From contig CAJXTJ010000001.1 in the NCBI GenBank assembly GCA_913061165.1, positions 1-56,357 on the forward strand: a stretch of 56,357 nt of DNA, written 5' to 3'. The DNA comes from an uncultured Polaribacter sp. GTDB lineage: Bacteria > Bacteroidota > Bacteroidia > Flavobacteriales > Flavobacteriaceae. A program made the translations under genes and the position numbers. Positions 31,188 through 40,753 of the stretch are shown here, piece after piece. Position 1 is the first letter of the stretch, and each line of letters begins with the position of its first letter. The notes under the pieces were generated by a model. That model saw nothing but the letters and a program-made list of their open reading frames with translations, was not told the DNA's origin and did no database searches.

Positions 31188-32489
31188 ATGAAAAGTGTAG
31201 CATTACAGAGTAAACTAACTACGGTACTTTTAAAAAGTCTTACCATACTGTTGTTTTTTGCGTTTAGCGTATCTTCTTATTCGCAAGATATGGATGAAAA
31301 TCGTCAAAAAGAAGGTAGAAAATTATTTAGATCTTTATGTGCATCTTGTCACAAGTTGGATAAGAAATTGGTTGGACCAGCTTTGGGTGGTGTAGAAGAG
31401 CGTAGAGAGAATTCTTGGTTAAAATCTTGGATAAAAAATAATGCAGAATTTCAAAAAGTAAATGCGGAAGCAGCAGAAGCATCTTTGTATGCAACTACTG
31501 CTATGAATGCATTTCCACAATTAACAGATAAAAATATAGATGATATTTTATATTATACAACTGTTGGCGAAATAAAGAAAGTTCCGGCTCCAGGAGAAAC
31601 TTCAATAGGTGGTAATGTTGTTTCAGATGGCGGAGCACCAAGTTGGGTGATTTATTTCTTAGCAGGAGCAATCGTGGTAGCTTTTCTAATGATTGCTGGT
31701 TTATTAAAACAAGTAAACGAATTAAAAGGAAAGAAAAAGCCAGAAATTCAGTCTAATTTAAGAAGAGATCTTCAAGAATTATGGGCGGGTTTAAAAAAGA
31801 ATACTTTCTTAAAAGTTTTAGGAACCATATTTGCTTTATTAATGGGTGCTTATATAGTTTTTGGAATGCTTTTTAGTGTTGGTGTAGATCAAGGATATCA
31901 GCCAATTCAACCCATTGCTTTTTCACATAAAATTCACTCAGGAGAAAATAAAATCGATTGCCAATATTGTCATTCATCGGCAAAACATAGCAAGCACTCG
32001 GGCATACCGTCTGTAAATGTTTGTATGAATTGTCATATGGCAATTGCAGAAGTTGCCGAAGGAACTGAAATTGAGTGGAACGGACAGATTTATGGTAAAG
32101 AAAGACTAGATAGAGAGATCGCTAAGGTATACGATGCTGCTGGTTGGGATCCTGAGGAATTAGAATATACAGGTGAAGAGAAACCGGTGAAATGGGTTCG
32201 TATTCATAACCTACCAGATTTGGTATACTACAATCATGCGCAACATGTTACGGTTGGAGGTATCAAATGTCAGAAATGTCATGGTCCTGTAGAAGAGATG
32301 GATGAAATGTATCAATATTCTCCATTAACAATGGGCTGGTGTATTAACTGTCACAGAGAAACAAATGTAGATTTAAAAGGAAATGAATATTATGCCAAAA
32401 TTCACGATCAATTAGCGAAGCAATACGGAGTAGAGAAAGTTACAATTGCACAGTTAGGTGGTTTAGAATGTGGTAAGTGTCATTACTAA
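31188..32489 (+). CDS. actA: Alternative complex III multiheme cytochrome c subunit
   Basis: Six CxxCH: CASCH (N-terminal monoheme domain), CQYCH, CMNCH, CQKCH, CINCH, CGKCH. Confidence 0.92.
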   Translation: MKSVALQSKLTTVLLKSLTILLFFAFSVSSYSQDMDENRQKEGRKLFRSLCASCHKLDKKLVGPALGGVEERRENSWLKSWIKNNAEFQKVNAEAAEASLYATTAMNAFPQLTDKNIDDILYYTTVGEIKKVPAPGETSIGGNVVSDGGAPSWVIYFLAGAIVVAFLMIAGLLKQVNELKGKKKPEIQSNLRRDLQELWAGLKKNTFLKVLGTIFALLMGAYIVFGMLFSVGVDQGYQPIQPIAFSHKIHSGENKIDCQYCHSSAKHSKHSGIPSVNVCMNCHMAIAEVAEGTEIEWNGQIYGKERLDREIAKVYDAAGWDPEELEYTGEEKPVKWVRIHNLPDLVYYNHAQHVTVGGIKCQKCHGPVEEMDEMYQYSPLTMGWCINCHRETNVDLKGNEYYAKIHDQLAKQYGVEKVTIAQLGGLECGKCHY

Positions 32490-32573
32490 TTCATAAAGAT
32501 TAAAAAATTAAAAGATCTAAAAAATTGTTTTTCAATTTATAAAATCTTTCAATCATTAAATAAAAAAGTATAA

Positions 32574-35500
32574 ATGGCTTCAAACAAAAAATACTGGAAA
32601 AGTGTTGAAGAACTAAAAGGTAGTTCTGTTGTTGAAACGCTTAATAAAAATGAGTTTGTATCAGATATTGCTACAGACGATTTTTTAGGTGATAAAGAAA
32701 CACTTGAGAGTTCTTCTACTACACGTAGAGATTTCTTAAAGTACGTTGGCTTTACTACAGCAGCAGCTTCATTGGCGGCATGTGAAGGACCGGTTGTTAA
32801 ATCGATTCCTTATGTTGTAAAACCAAATGATATTATTGCTGGTGTTGCAGATTGGTATGCTACTTCTATAGCAGATGGTTATGATTTTGCGAATGTTTTA
32901 ATTAAAACACGAGAAGGTCGTCCAATTCAAATCATGCCAAATAAAGAGGCAAACGGAACAACAAGTGCTAGAGTTCAAGCAGCTATTCTTTCTTTATACG
33001 ATGAAAAATTACGTTTAAAAGAACCAACTAAAAATGGTGAAGAAATTTCTTGGGGTACTGCTGATAAGGAAATAGCTCTAAAATTAAACGATTTAAAAGA
33101 AGCTGGTAAACAAGTTGTTTTGTTAACAGGAACAATGGCAAGTCCATCTACAGATAAAATAATAGCTGAGTTTCTTGCAGCGCATCCAAATGCGAAACAA
33201 GTTATTTATGATGCAGTTTCTGAAGATGCTGCAGCAGATGCTTTTAAAGCAGTTTATGGAAGAAGAGCTATACCAAATTACAAATTACAAAATGCAGAGA
33301 CCATTGTATCTTTTGGTGCAGATTTCTTAGGAGATTTTCATGGTGGTTTCGAAAAAGCATATGTTGCTGGGAGAAAGCCAGCAGCAGGTAAGATGTCTTA
33401 TCATGTGCAAATAGAAAGTAACATGTCTCTTACGGGAGCAAATGCAGATAAACGTTTGGTTGCAAAACCATCTAACGTAGTTTTTGCTTTGTTAAACCTG
33501 TATAAAGAAATTACTGGAGATGCTGTAGCTTCTAGTGCTACACCTATTGATTCAGAAATTAAAAAGTTAGCAAAAGCACTTAAAAAAGCAGGTTCGAAAG
33601 GAGTTGTTATGACAGGTATAAATGATGTAAACGCACAGTTAATTTCATTAGCAATTAATAACTTTTTAAATAGTGAGATTTTAGATACTGATAATTCATT
33701 AAATATTCGTCAAGGTAGTTTTGAACAAGTTCAAAATGTAATTTCAGATATGAAATCTGGAAATGTTGGTGGACTTTTAACGGTGAATATAGATCCTTCA
33801 TATTCTTTACCAAATGCAACTGAGTTTACAGAGGCATTGGCAAAGGTAGATTTAAAAGTAGCATTGTCAGTAGAGAATAACGAGACTGTAAATGCAATGG
33901 AATATGCTTTACCTTCCCCACATTTCTTAGAATCTTGGGGAGATACTCAATTCTCTGAAGGAAATTTTGGTTTGGTACAACCAACGATTCAACCTTTGTT
34001 TAAAACACGTCAAATTCAAGACACTTTATTAAAATGGTCTGGAAGCACTACTGCTTATTATGATTATTTAAAAGATTCTTGGACTGCAAATGTTTTAGAA
34101 GGTTCTTCATGGAACAAAGCATTACACAACGGGTTTTATAGTAAAAAAGAAGCTACTAAAACAAGTACCGCGAGTGCGATATCAGTTTCTAAAATCGCTT
34201 CAGCATTAAAAAAGAATACAACAGCTTCAGAAATGGAGTTAAATTTATATACCAAAACTAATTTAGGTGATGGTAAGCAAGCAAATAATCCTTGGTTACA
34301 AGAATTTCCAGATCCAATAACAAGAGCTTCTTGGGATAATTACTTAACGATGTCTATGGCAGATGCCAGAGCATTAGGTTTTGAGAATCCTGTAAAAGAT
34401 AACGGAGCAATCAATGGAGATTATGCGAAAGTATTGGTAAACGGTGCAGCAGTAGTAGTTCCTGTAATGATTCAACCAGGACAAGCAAATGGTTCTGTTG
34501 GTTTGTCATTAGGCTTCGGAAAAACCTTTGGTTTAAAAGAAGAAATGCAAGTAGGTGTGAATGCTTATCCTTTATACACAAGAGGTAATAACATTCAATA
34601 TAATGTAGCAATAGAAAAAGTATCTGGAACGCATAAGTTTGCTTGTACACAAGTACAAAAAACAATTGCCGGACGTCATGATATTTTAAAAGTAGCATCC
34701 TTAAAAGAATACAATACAGTTGCACCTAAAGATCATAAAAATGGTTGGAATAAGCCGGCGTATGTTTCTTATGATCATCAAGAAGTAGAAGCAAAGACCA
34801 TAGATTTATGGGATGAGCACAATAGAGAAATGGGGCATCACTTCAATTTATCTATAGATTTAACATCTTGTACAGGTTGTGGCGCTTGTGTTGTAGCTTG
34901 TCATGCAGAAAACAATGTGCCTGTTGTAGGTAAAAACGAAGTAAGAGTTGGTAGAGATATGCACTGGTTGCGTATTGATAGATACTATTCTTCAGAAGTT
35001 GAAACTAGAGAAGAAGCAAAAGAATTAGGATTAAGTACAGCTGCAACTTACAAAGGTTTAGAAACTGAGGCTGAAAATCCTGAGGTTACTTTTCAACCAA
35101 TGATGTGTCAGCACTGTAATCATGCTCCTTGTGAGACTGTTTGTCCGGTTGCTGCAACAACACACGGTCGTCAAGGTCAAAATCAAATGACATACAACAG
35201 ATGTGTAGGTACAAGATATTGTGCAAACAACTGTCCTTATAGAGTTCGTAGATTTAACTGGTTTAAATATGCGAATAACAATGAGTTCGATTTCCATATG
35301 AACAATGAATACGGTAAAATGGTTTTAAATCCAGATGTTGTAGTTCGTGCAAGAGGAGTTATGGAAAAATGTTCTATGTGTATTCAAATGACACAAGCAA
35401 CAATTTTAAAAGCTAAAAAAGAAGGAAGACCAGTAGATACAGATGAGTTTGAAACAGCTTGTTCTACTGCATGTACTACCGGAGCAATGGTTTTTGGAGA

Positions 35501-35630
35501 TGTGAATAATAAAGAAGACGAAGTAGCTGCTTTGGCAGAAGATAAAAGAGCTTACCATGTATTAGATTATCTTCAAACGAAGCCTAATGTAGTATATCAA
35601 GTAAAAGTGGTTAATACAAACGAAGCGTAA
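32574..35630 (+). CDS. actB: Alternative complex III molybdopterin-oxidoreductase-like/Fe-S subunit
   Basis: Tat motif TRRDFLK with lipobox LAAC, Fe-S motifs CTGCGAC, CQHCNHAPC, CVGTRYC, CSMC. Confidence 0.92.
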   Translation: MASNKKYWKSVEELKGSSVVETLNKNEFVSDIATDDFLGDKETLESSSTTRRDFLKYVGFTTAAASLAACEGPVVKSIPYVVKPNDIIAGVADWYATSIADGYDFANVLIKTREGRPIQIMPNKEANGTTSARVQAAILSLYDEKLRLKEPTKNGEEISWGTADKEIALKLNDLKEAGKQVVLLTGTMASPSTDKIIAEFLAAHPNAKQVIYDAVSEDAAADAFKAVYGRRAIPNYKLQNAETIVSFGADFLGDFHGGFEKAYVAGRKPAAGKMSYHVQIESNMSLTGANADKRLVAKPSNVVFALLNLYKEITGDAVASSATPIDSEIKKLAKALKKAGSKGVVMTGINDVNAQLISLAINNFLNSEILDTDNSLNIRQGSFEQVQNVISDMKSGNVGGLLTVNIDPSYSLPNATEFTEALAKVDLKVALSVENNETVNAMEYALPSPHFLESWGDTQFSEGNFGLVQPTIQPLFKTRQIQDTLLKWSGSTTAYYDYLKDSWTANVLEGSSWNKALHNGFYSKKEATKTSTASAISVSKIASALKKNTTASEMELNLYTKTNLGDGKQANNPWLQEFPDPITRASWDNYLTMSMADARALGFENPVKDNGAINGDYAKVLVNGAAVVVPVMIQPGQANGSVGLSLGFGKTFGLKEEMQVGVNAYPLYTRGNNIQYNVAIEKVSGTHKFACTQVQKTIAGRHDILKVASLKEYNTVAPKDHKNGWNKPAYVSYDHQEVEAKTIDLWDEHNREMGHHFNLSIDLTSCTGCGACVVACHAENNVPVVGKNEVRVGRDMHWLRIDRYYSSEVETREEAKELGLSTAATYKGLETEAENPEVTFQPMMCQHCNHAPCETVCPVAATTHGRQGQNQMTYNRCVGTRYCANNCPYRVRRFNWFKYANNNEFDFHMNNEYGKMVLNPDVVVRARGVMEKCSMCIQMTQATILKAKKEGRPVDTDEFETACSTACTTGAMVFGDVNNKEDEVAALAEDKRAYHVLDYLQTKPNVVYQVKVVNTNEA

Positions 35631-35652
35631 TTAAAATTTAAGGTATAAAAAT

Positions 35653-37116
35653 ATGTCTCATTACGAAGCACCCATAAGGGAACCTTTAGTACTAGGTGAT
35701 AAAAGTTACCATGATATTACTGAAGATATTGCAAAGCCTATAGAAGGCGCTGCAAATAAGAATTGGTATATCGCATTTTATATTTCTTTAGCAGCAATGC
35801 TATGGGGATTTGGTTGTATTTTCTACACAGTAGGAACAGGTATTGGAGTTTGGGGATTAAACAAGAACATTGGATGGGCTTGGGATATTACAAACTTTGT
35901 TTGGTGGGTAGGTATTGGTCATGCGGGAACTTTAATTTCTGCGGTACTTTTACTATTCCGTCAAAAATGGAGAATGGCAATTAACCGTTCTGCAGAAGCA
36001 ATGACAATTTTTGCCGTTTTTCAAGCAGGGTTGTTTCCAATTATCCATATGGGACGTCCTTGGAATGCATATTGGGTATTGCCATTACCAAATCAATTTG
36101 GATCATTGTGGGTGAATTTTAACTCCCCTTTATTATGGGATGTTTTTGCAATTTCAACGTATTTATCGGTATCATTGGTTTTCTGGTGGACAGGTTTATT
36201 ACCAGATTTTGCAATGATTAGAGATAGAGCTGTAAAGCCTTTTCAAAAGAAAATATATGCTTTGTTATCATTCGGTTGGTCCGGTAGAGCAAAAGATTGG
36301 CAGCGTTTTGAAGAAGTATCTTTAGTGCTTGCAGGTTTAGCAACACCATTAGTACTTTCTGTACATACAATTGTATCTATGGATTTTGCTACTTCAATTA
36401 ACCCAGGTTGGCATTCAACAATATTCCCTCCTTACTTCGTAGCAGGAGCTATCTTTTCAGGATTTGCAATGGTACAAACGTTGTTAGGAATTATGAGAAA
36501 GGTAACAAACCTTGAGGATTACATTACACGGATGCACGTAGAATATATGAACATGGTAATCATCTTAACAGGTGGTATTGTAGCTGTAGCCTATGCAACA
36601 GAGTTTTTTATTGCGTGGTATACAGGTTCTCCTTATGAAAATTATACGTATTTATCTATAGGTGCTGCAACAGGTCCTTATGCTTGGGCATTTTGGTCAT
36701 TGATTACCTTTAACATTGTGATTCCACAATTACTTTGGATTAAAAAATTTAGAAGAAGTTTCATTATTACCTTTATTATTTCCATTGCTATTAACATTGG
36801 AATGTGGTTTGAACGTTTCGATATTATTGCAATTGTTTTAAGTAAAGGACATTTACCATCTACATGGTGGCGTTTTGAACCAACGTTTGTAGACGTAGGT
36901 ATCTTTATTGGTACCATAGGTTTCTTCTTTGTTTTATTCTTATTATATGCAAGAACATTCCCAGTGATAGCGCAAGCGGAAGTGAAAACAATATTAAAAT
37001 CTTCGGGTGAATTTTACAAGAAGAGAAGTGAACAAGGAATTCCTACAAAGCCAGCAATTGAAGTTACCAATGCTGCAGCAATTAATGGAGGTTCTGATAA
37101 CAATAAAAAAGGATAA
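35653..37116 (+). CDS. actC: Alternative complex III NrfD-type quinol-binding subunit
   Basis: WDITNFVWWVGIGHAGTLISA, HMGRPW, SPLLWD, VHTIVSMDF. Confidence 0.93.
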   Translation: MSHYEAPIREPLVLGDKSYHDITEDIAKPIEGAANKNWYIAFYISLAAMLWGFGCIFYTVGTGIGVWGLNKNIGWAWDITNFVWWVGIGHAGTLISAVLLLFRQKWRMAINRSAEAMTIFAVFQAGLFPIIHMGRPWNAYWVLPLPNQFGSLWVNFNSPLLWDVFAISTYLSVSLVFWWTGLLPDFAMIRDRAVKPFQKKIYALLSFGWSGRAKDWQRFEEVSLVLAGLATPLVLSVHTIVSMDFATSINPGWHSTIFPPYFVAGAIFSGFAMVQTLLGIMRKVTNLEDYITRMHVEYMNMVIILTGGIVAVAYATEFFIAWYTGSPYENYTYLSIGAATGPYAWAFWSLITFNIVIPQLLWIKKFRRSFIITFIISIAINIGMWFERFDIIAIVLSKGHLPSTWWRFEPTFVDVGIFIGTIGFFFVLFLLYARTFPVIAQAEVKTILKSSGEFYKKRSEQGIPTKPAIEVTNAAAINGGSDNNKKG

Positions 37117-37118
37117 TT

Positions 37119-37646
37119 ATGGAAGCATCAAAAGTGATTCATGCATTTTATACGGATGACGAAGTTTTGTTAGATGCAGTGAAAACTGTAAAGGCAGACC
37201 ACCATCATATCGAAGAAGTATTTTGTCCTTTCCCAGTTCATGGATTAGACAAAGCATTAGGTTTGGCTCCAACAAAATTAGCAATTACAGCTTTTTTCTA
37301 CGGAATTACAGGGTTGTCTTTTGCAATCTGGATGACAAATTATATTATGATTGAAGATTGGCCAATGGATATTGGTGGTAAACCAAGTTTTTCATGGATA
37401 GAAAACATGCCAGCATTTGTTCCAATTATGTTCGAATTAACGGTATTTTTTGCAGCTCATTTAATGGTAATTACTTTTTATATGAGAAGTAGACTTTGGC
37501 CATTTAAAGATGCTGAAAATCCAGATCCAAGAACTACAGATGATCATTTTTTAATGGAAATTCCAGTACATAATAATGAGGATACTTTAGTTGCCTTATT
37601 ATCAAAAACAGGAGCTGTGGAAATTAATATTGTAGATAAGCAATAA
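37119..37646 (+). CDS. actD: Alternative complex III subunit D (DUF3341)
   Basis: PFPVHGLD, GGKP, PIMFELTV; position in act operon. Confidence 0.88.
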   Translation: MEASKVIHAFYTDDEVLLDAVKTVKADHHHIEEVFCPFPVHGLDKALGLAPTKLAITAFFYGITGLSFAIWMTNYIMIEDWPMDIGGKPSFSWIENMPAFVPIMFELTVFFAAHLMVITFYMRSRLWPFKDAENPDPRTTDDHFLMEIPVHNNEDTLVALLSKTGAVEINIVDKQ

Positions 37647-37656
37647 TATATAGATA

Positions 37657-38205
37657 ATGAAGAACTTTAAATTAGTTATCGCTTTAGTAATTGTTGCAAG
37701 TATATATTCTTGTAATGATAAAAAAACAAGACAAGCGCAATACATGCCAGACATGTATGAGTCTATTCCTTATAAAACGGACGGAGCCAAAGGTTTGGGT
37801 GGAAATCCTGTAAATAGGAAGCCTGTAGACGGCACATTGCCAAGAGGAGGAACACCAGCATATGATATTGCAAATACAATTGAAGGATACGACCAGGCAA
37901 AAGCAACTTTGATCTCTCCTCTAGAAAAAAATGAAAAGAATTTAGATAATGGTAAGAAAATGTATGCCATTTATTGTATTTCTTGTCATGGTAAAAAAGG
38001 AGACGGAAATGGATATTTGTCTACATCAGAGAAATTTGCAGGGATTCCAAATTATAAAGACAGAGACATTACAGAAGGAAGTATTTACCACGTTTTAATT
38101 CATGGTAAAGGAGTAATGGGTTCACATTCAGGGCAATTAACGTATAAAGAACGCTGGCAAATTATTCAATACGTAGAAGTATTAAGAGCAGATTTGTTAA
38201 AATAG
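37657..38205 (+). CDS. actE: Alternative complex III monoheme cytochrome c lipoprotein
   Basis: Lipobox IYSC, YMPDM, CISCHG. Confidence 0.88.
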   Translation: MKNFKLVIALVIVASIYSCNDKKTRQAQYMPDMYESIPYKTDGAKGLGGNPVNRKPVDGTLPRGGTPAYDIANTIEGYDQAKATLISPLEKNEKNLDNGKKMYAIYCISCHGKKGDGNGYLSTSEKFAGIPNYKDRDITEGSIYHVLIHGKGVMGSHSGQLTYKERWQIIQYVEVLRADLLK

Positions 38206-38232
38206 AATTCAAAAAGAAAGAATACGAAAGAT

Positions 38233-39672
38233 ATGTATCAATTCTCAGGTAAATTAAAGACATTTTCATTAGCACTAATTATCATTGGTGTGATAGGAAC
38301 TGCATTCAGTTTTTATAGTGGTTCAAAAAAGACTATAGAAGATGCAAAACATGCAATAGAAGCTTCTCATAATGTTGGGCATGGATCTTCGCACGAAGAA
38401 ACAGCTGTTCATAACGATGTTGCAGATTTAGAAAATCATACTGCAAAAGCGGTAGTGCATGACGTTGAGGAAGCACATGATGCTACTAGTGATAAAGAAC
38501 ACGCAGCACACGAAGAGCATGTTTTACATCAATTGCAAAACAGACCTTGGTCAGCATTTTATGTGGCTTTATTTTTCTCTTTAGGAATTACTTTATTAGT
38601 TTTAGCTTTTTATGCAATACAAAGAGTAGCTCAAGTAGGGTGGTCTATCTTAATTTTAAGAGTGATGGAAGCAATTACAGCTAATTTATTACCAACTTCA
38701 ATTATCATGTTGGTAGTAATCGTAGCTTCGGTAATGCATTTAAATCATCTATTTCCATGGATGGCAGAAGGTACTGTAGATCCAACAAGCGACAACTATG
38801 ATGCTATTATAGATGGTAAGTCTGGATGGATGAATGCTACAGGTTTCTTAATAAGAAGTATTGCATACCTTTTAATATGGAATGCTTATAGATTTTTCAT
38901 CAGAAAAAGCTCTATCAAAGAAGATACAGCGAATGATGGAAATAAGACGTACAAGAAGAATTTTACAGCATCTGTTATCTTTTTATTCCTTTTCATGATT
39001 ACAGAGTCTATGATGTCTTGGGATTGGATAATGGGTTTAGATCCACACTGGTTTTCAACATTATTTGGTTGGTATGTATTAGCTACTTTATTAGTAAGTG
39101 CTTTAACCGTAATTGCATTTTTTACAATTTATTTTCGTTCTAAAGGTGCATTACCTGGTGTAAACGATAGTCATATTCACGATTTAGCTAAGTTTATGTT
39201 TGGTTTCTCAGTATTCTGGACATACTTATGGTTCTCACAATTTATGCTGATTTGGTATGCAGATATTCCTGAGGAAACTACCTATTTTGTTATGAGATTT
39301 ACAGAATATAAATTACCATTTTTAGGGATGGTAGTTATGAATTTTGTTTTTCCTATTTTATTATTATTAAACAGCGACTTTAAAAGTAAACCTTGGTTTG
39401 TTTTTATAGGTGGTTTTGTAATTCTAGTAGGGCATTATGTAGATGTATTTATTATGGTGATGCCGTCTACAGTAGGTTCACAATGGTATTTCGGAATTCC
39501 AGAAATGAGTGCTATTTGTTTCTTTCTAGGTTTGTTGATTTTTACAACTTTAAGAGCATTCTCTAAAGTAAGTCCAATACCAGCAGGAAACCCTTTCCTA
39601 AAAGAAAGTGAGCATTTTCATTACTATAATATCGAACATTCAGAGGAAGAAGGTTCAACAGATCATCATTAA
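38233..39672 (+). CDS. actF: Alternative complex III membrane subunit F
   Basis: WDWIMGLDPHWFSTLFGW, HIHDLAKF, QFMLIWYA. Confidence 0.88.
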   Translation: MYQFSGKLKTFSLALIIIGVIGTAFSFYSGSKKTIEDAKHAIEASHNVGHGSSHEETAVHNDVADLENHTAKAVVHDVEEAHDATSDKEHAAHEEHVLHQLQNRPWSAFYVALFFSLGITLLVLAFYAIQRVAQVGWSILILRVMEAITANLLPTSIIMLVVIVASVMHLNHLFPWMAEGTVDPTSDNYDAIIDGKSGWMNATGFLIRSIAYLLIWNAYRFFIRKSSIKEDTANDGNKTYKKNFTASVIFLFLFMITESMMSWDWIMGLDPHWFSTLFGWYVLATLLVSALTVIAFFTIYFRSKGALPGVNDSHIHDLAKFMFGFSVFWTYLWFSQFMLIWYADIPEETTYFVMRFTEYKLPFLGMVVMNFVFPILLLLNSDFKSKPWFVFIGGFVILVGHYVDVFIMVMPSTVGSQWYFGIPEMSAICFFLGLLIFTTLRAFSKVSPIPAGNPFLKESEHFHYYNIEHSEEEGSTDHH

Positions 39673-39707
39673 CTAATAATTGAATTAAAAATTAAGAAAA
39701 GATAAAT

Positions 39708-40715
39708 ATGCTAGCTTTATTTTATATTTTTATAGGTGTTGCAATCGGTGTAAGCGTTTGGCAGATTACTAGAATCATGGATTTTAGAGGCTCTATTGCG
39801 GATGATAATGACAACGCTGCTCAGGGAAAATATGCCATCGGTTTTTTGGCTTTTTTATATGCAATGATGATTTATTGCTTAATCTTCATGAATGTTATAA
39901 TGTTGCCAGAATCTGCTTCTATTGAAGGAGAGCATGATGACAATTTATTTGACATTACATTTTGGTTGATTGGAGTTGTTCAATTTATCATGCAGTTTTT
40001 AATATTTTACTTCACGTTTAAATACAGAGGAAGTAAAGATAGAAAGGCGAAGTTTTATGCAGATAGTCACAAATTAGAATTTATTTGGACAGTTACTCCA
40101 GCAGTAGTTCTAGTAGTGTTAATTGGTTATGGTCTTTGGCAATGGAACAATGTAATGGACTTATCTGATTCAGAAGATCCTGTTATTATCGAAGTATATT
40201 CGCAGCAATTTAATTGGAAAGCTAGGTATGCTGGTGCAGATAATACATTGGGTACAGGAAACGTAAACTTTATTAAAGGCATGAACACCATGGGTGTAGA
40301 TATGTCTGATAAAAATGCTGCAGATGATAAACAAGTAACTGAGTTGTATCTTCCAAAGGGAAGAAAGGTTCATTTTAGATTCCGTTCTCAGGATGTTTTA
40401 CACTCAGCCTATATGCCGCATTTTAGAGCACAAATGAATTGTGTTCCCGGTATGGTTACACAGTTTGGTTTTACGCCGAAATACACAACTCAAGAGATGA
40501 GAGACTTACCAGAGGTAATAGAAAAATCTATTGGTATTAATAAAATAAGAAGGGCTAAAGGAGAAGAACTTTATATTTTTGATTATTTACTATTGTGTAA
40601 TAAAATTTGTGGAGCATCTCATTACAACATGCAAATGAAAATTACAGTCGTAGAAGAAGATGAGTTCGACGAATGGTTGTCTAAACAACCAACTTTATCA
40701 GAAGTTATTAAATAA
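39708..40715 (+). CDS. coxB: Cytochrome c oxidase (aa3) subunit II
   Basis: LEFIWTVTP, QQFNW, DVLHS, CuA ligands CNKICGASHYNM. Confidence 0.92.
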   Translation: MLALFYIFIGVAIGVSVWQITRIMDFRGSIADDNDNAAQGKYAIGFLAFLYAMMIYCLIFMNVIMLPESASIEGEHDDNLFDITFWLIGVVQFIMQFLIFYFTFKYRGSKDRKAKFYADSHKLEFIWTVTPAVVLVVLIGYGLWQWNNVMDLSDSEDPVIIEVYSQQFNWKARYAGADNTLGTGNVNFIKGMNTMGVDMSDKNAADDKQVTELYLPKGRKVHFRFRSQDVLHSAYMPHFRAQMNCVPGMVTQFGFTPKYTTQEMRDLPEVIEKSIGINKIRRAKGEELYIFDYLLLCNKICGASHYNMQMKITVVEEDEFDEWLSKQPTLSEVIK

Positions 40716-40753
40716 ATTATAATAAAAAAAACACTACAAATAAGTAAGATATT

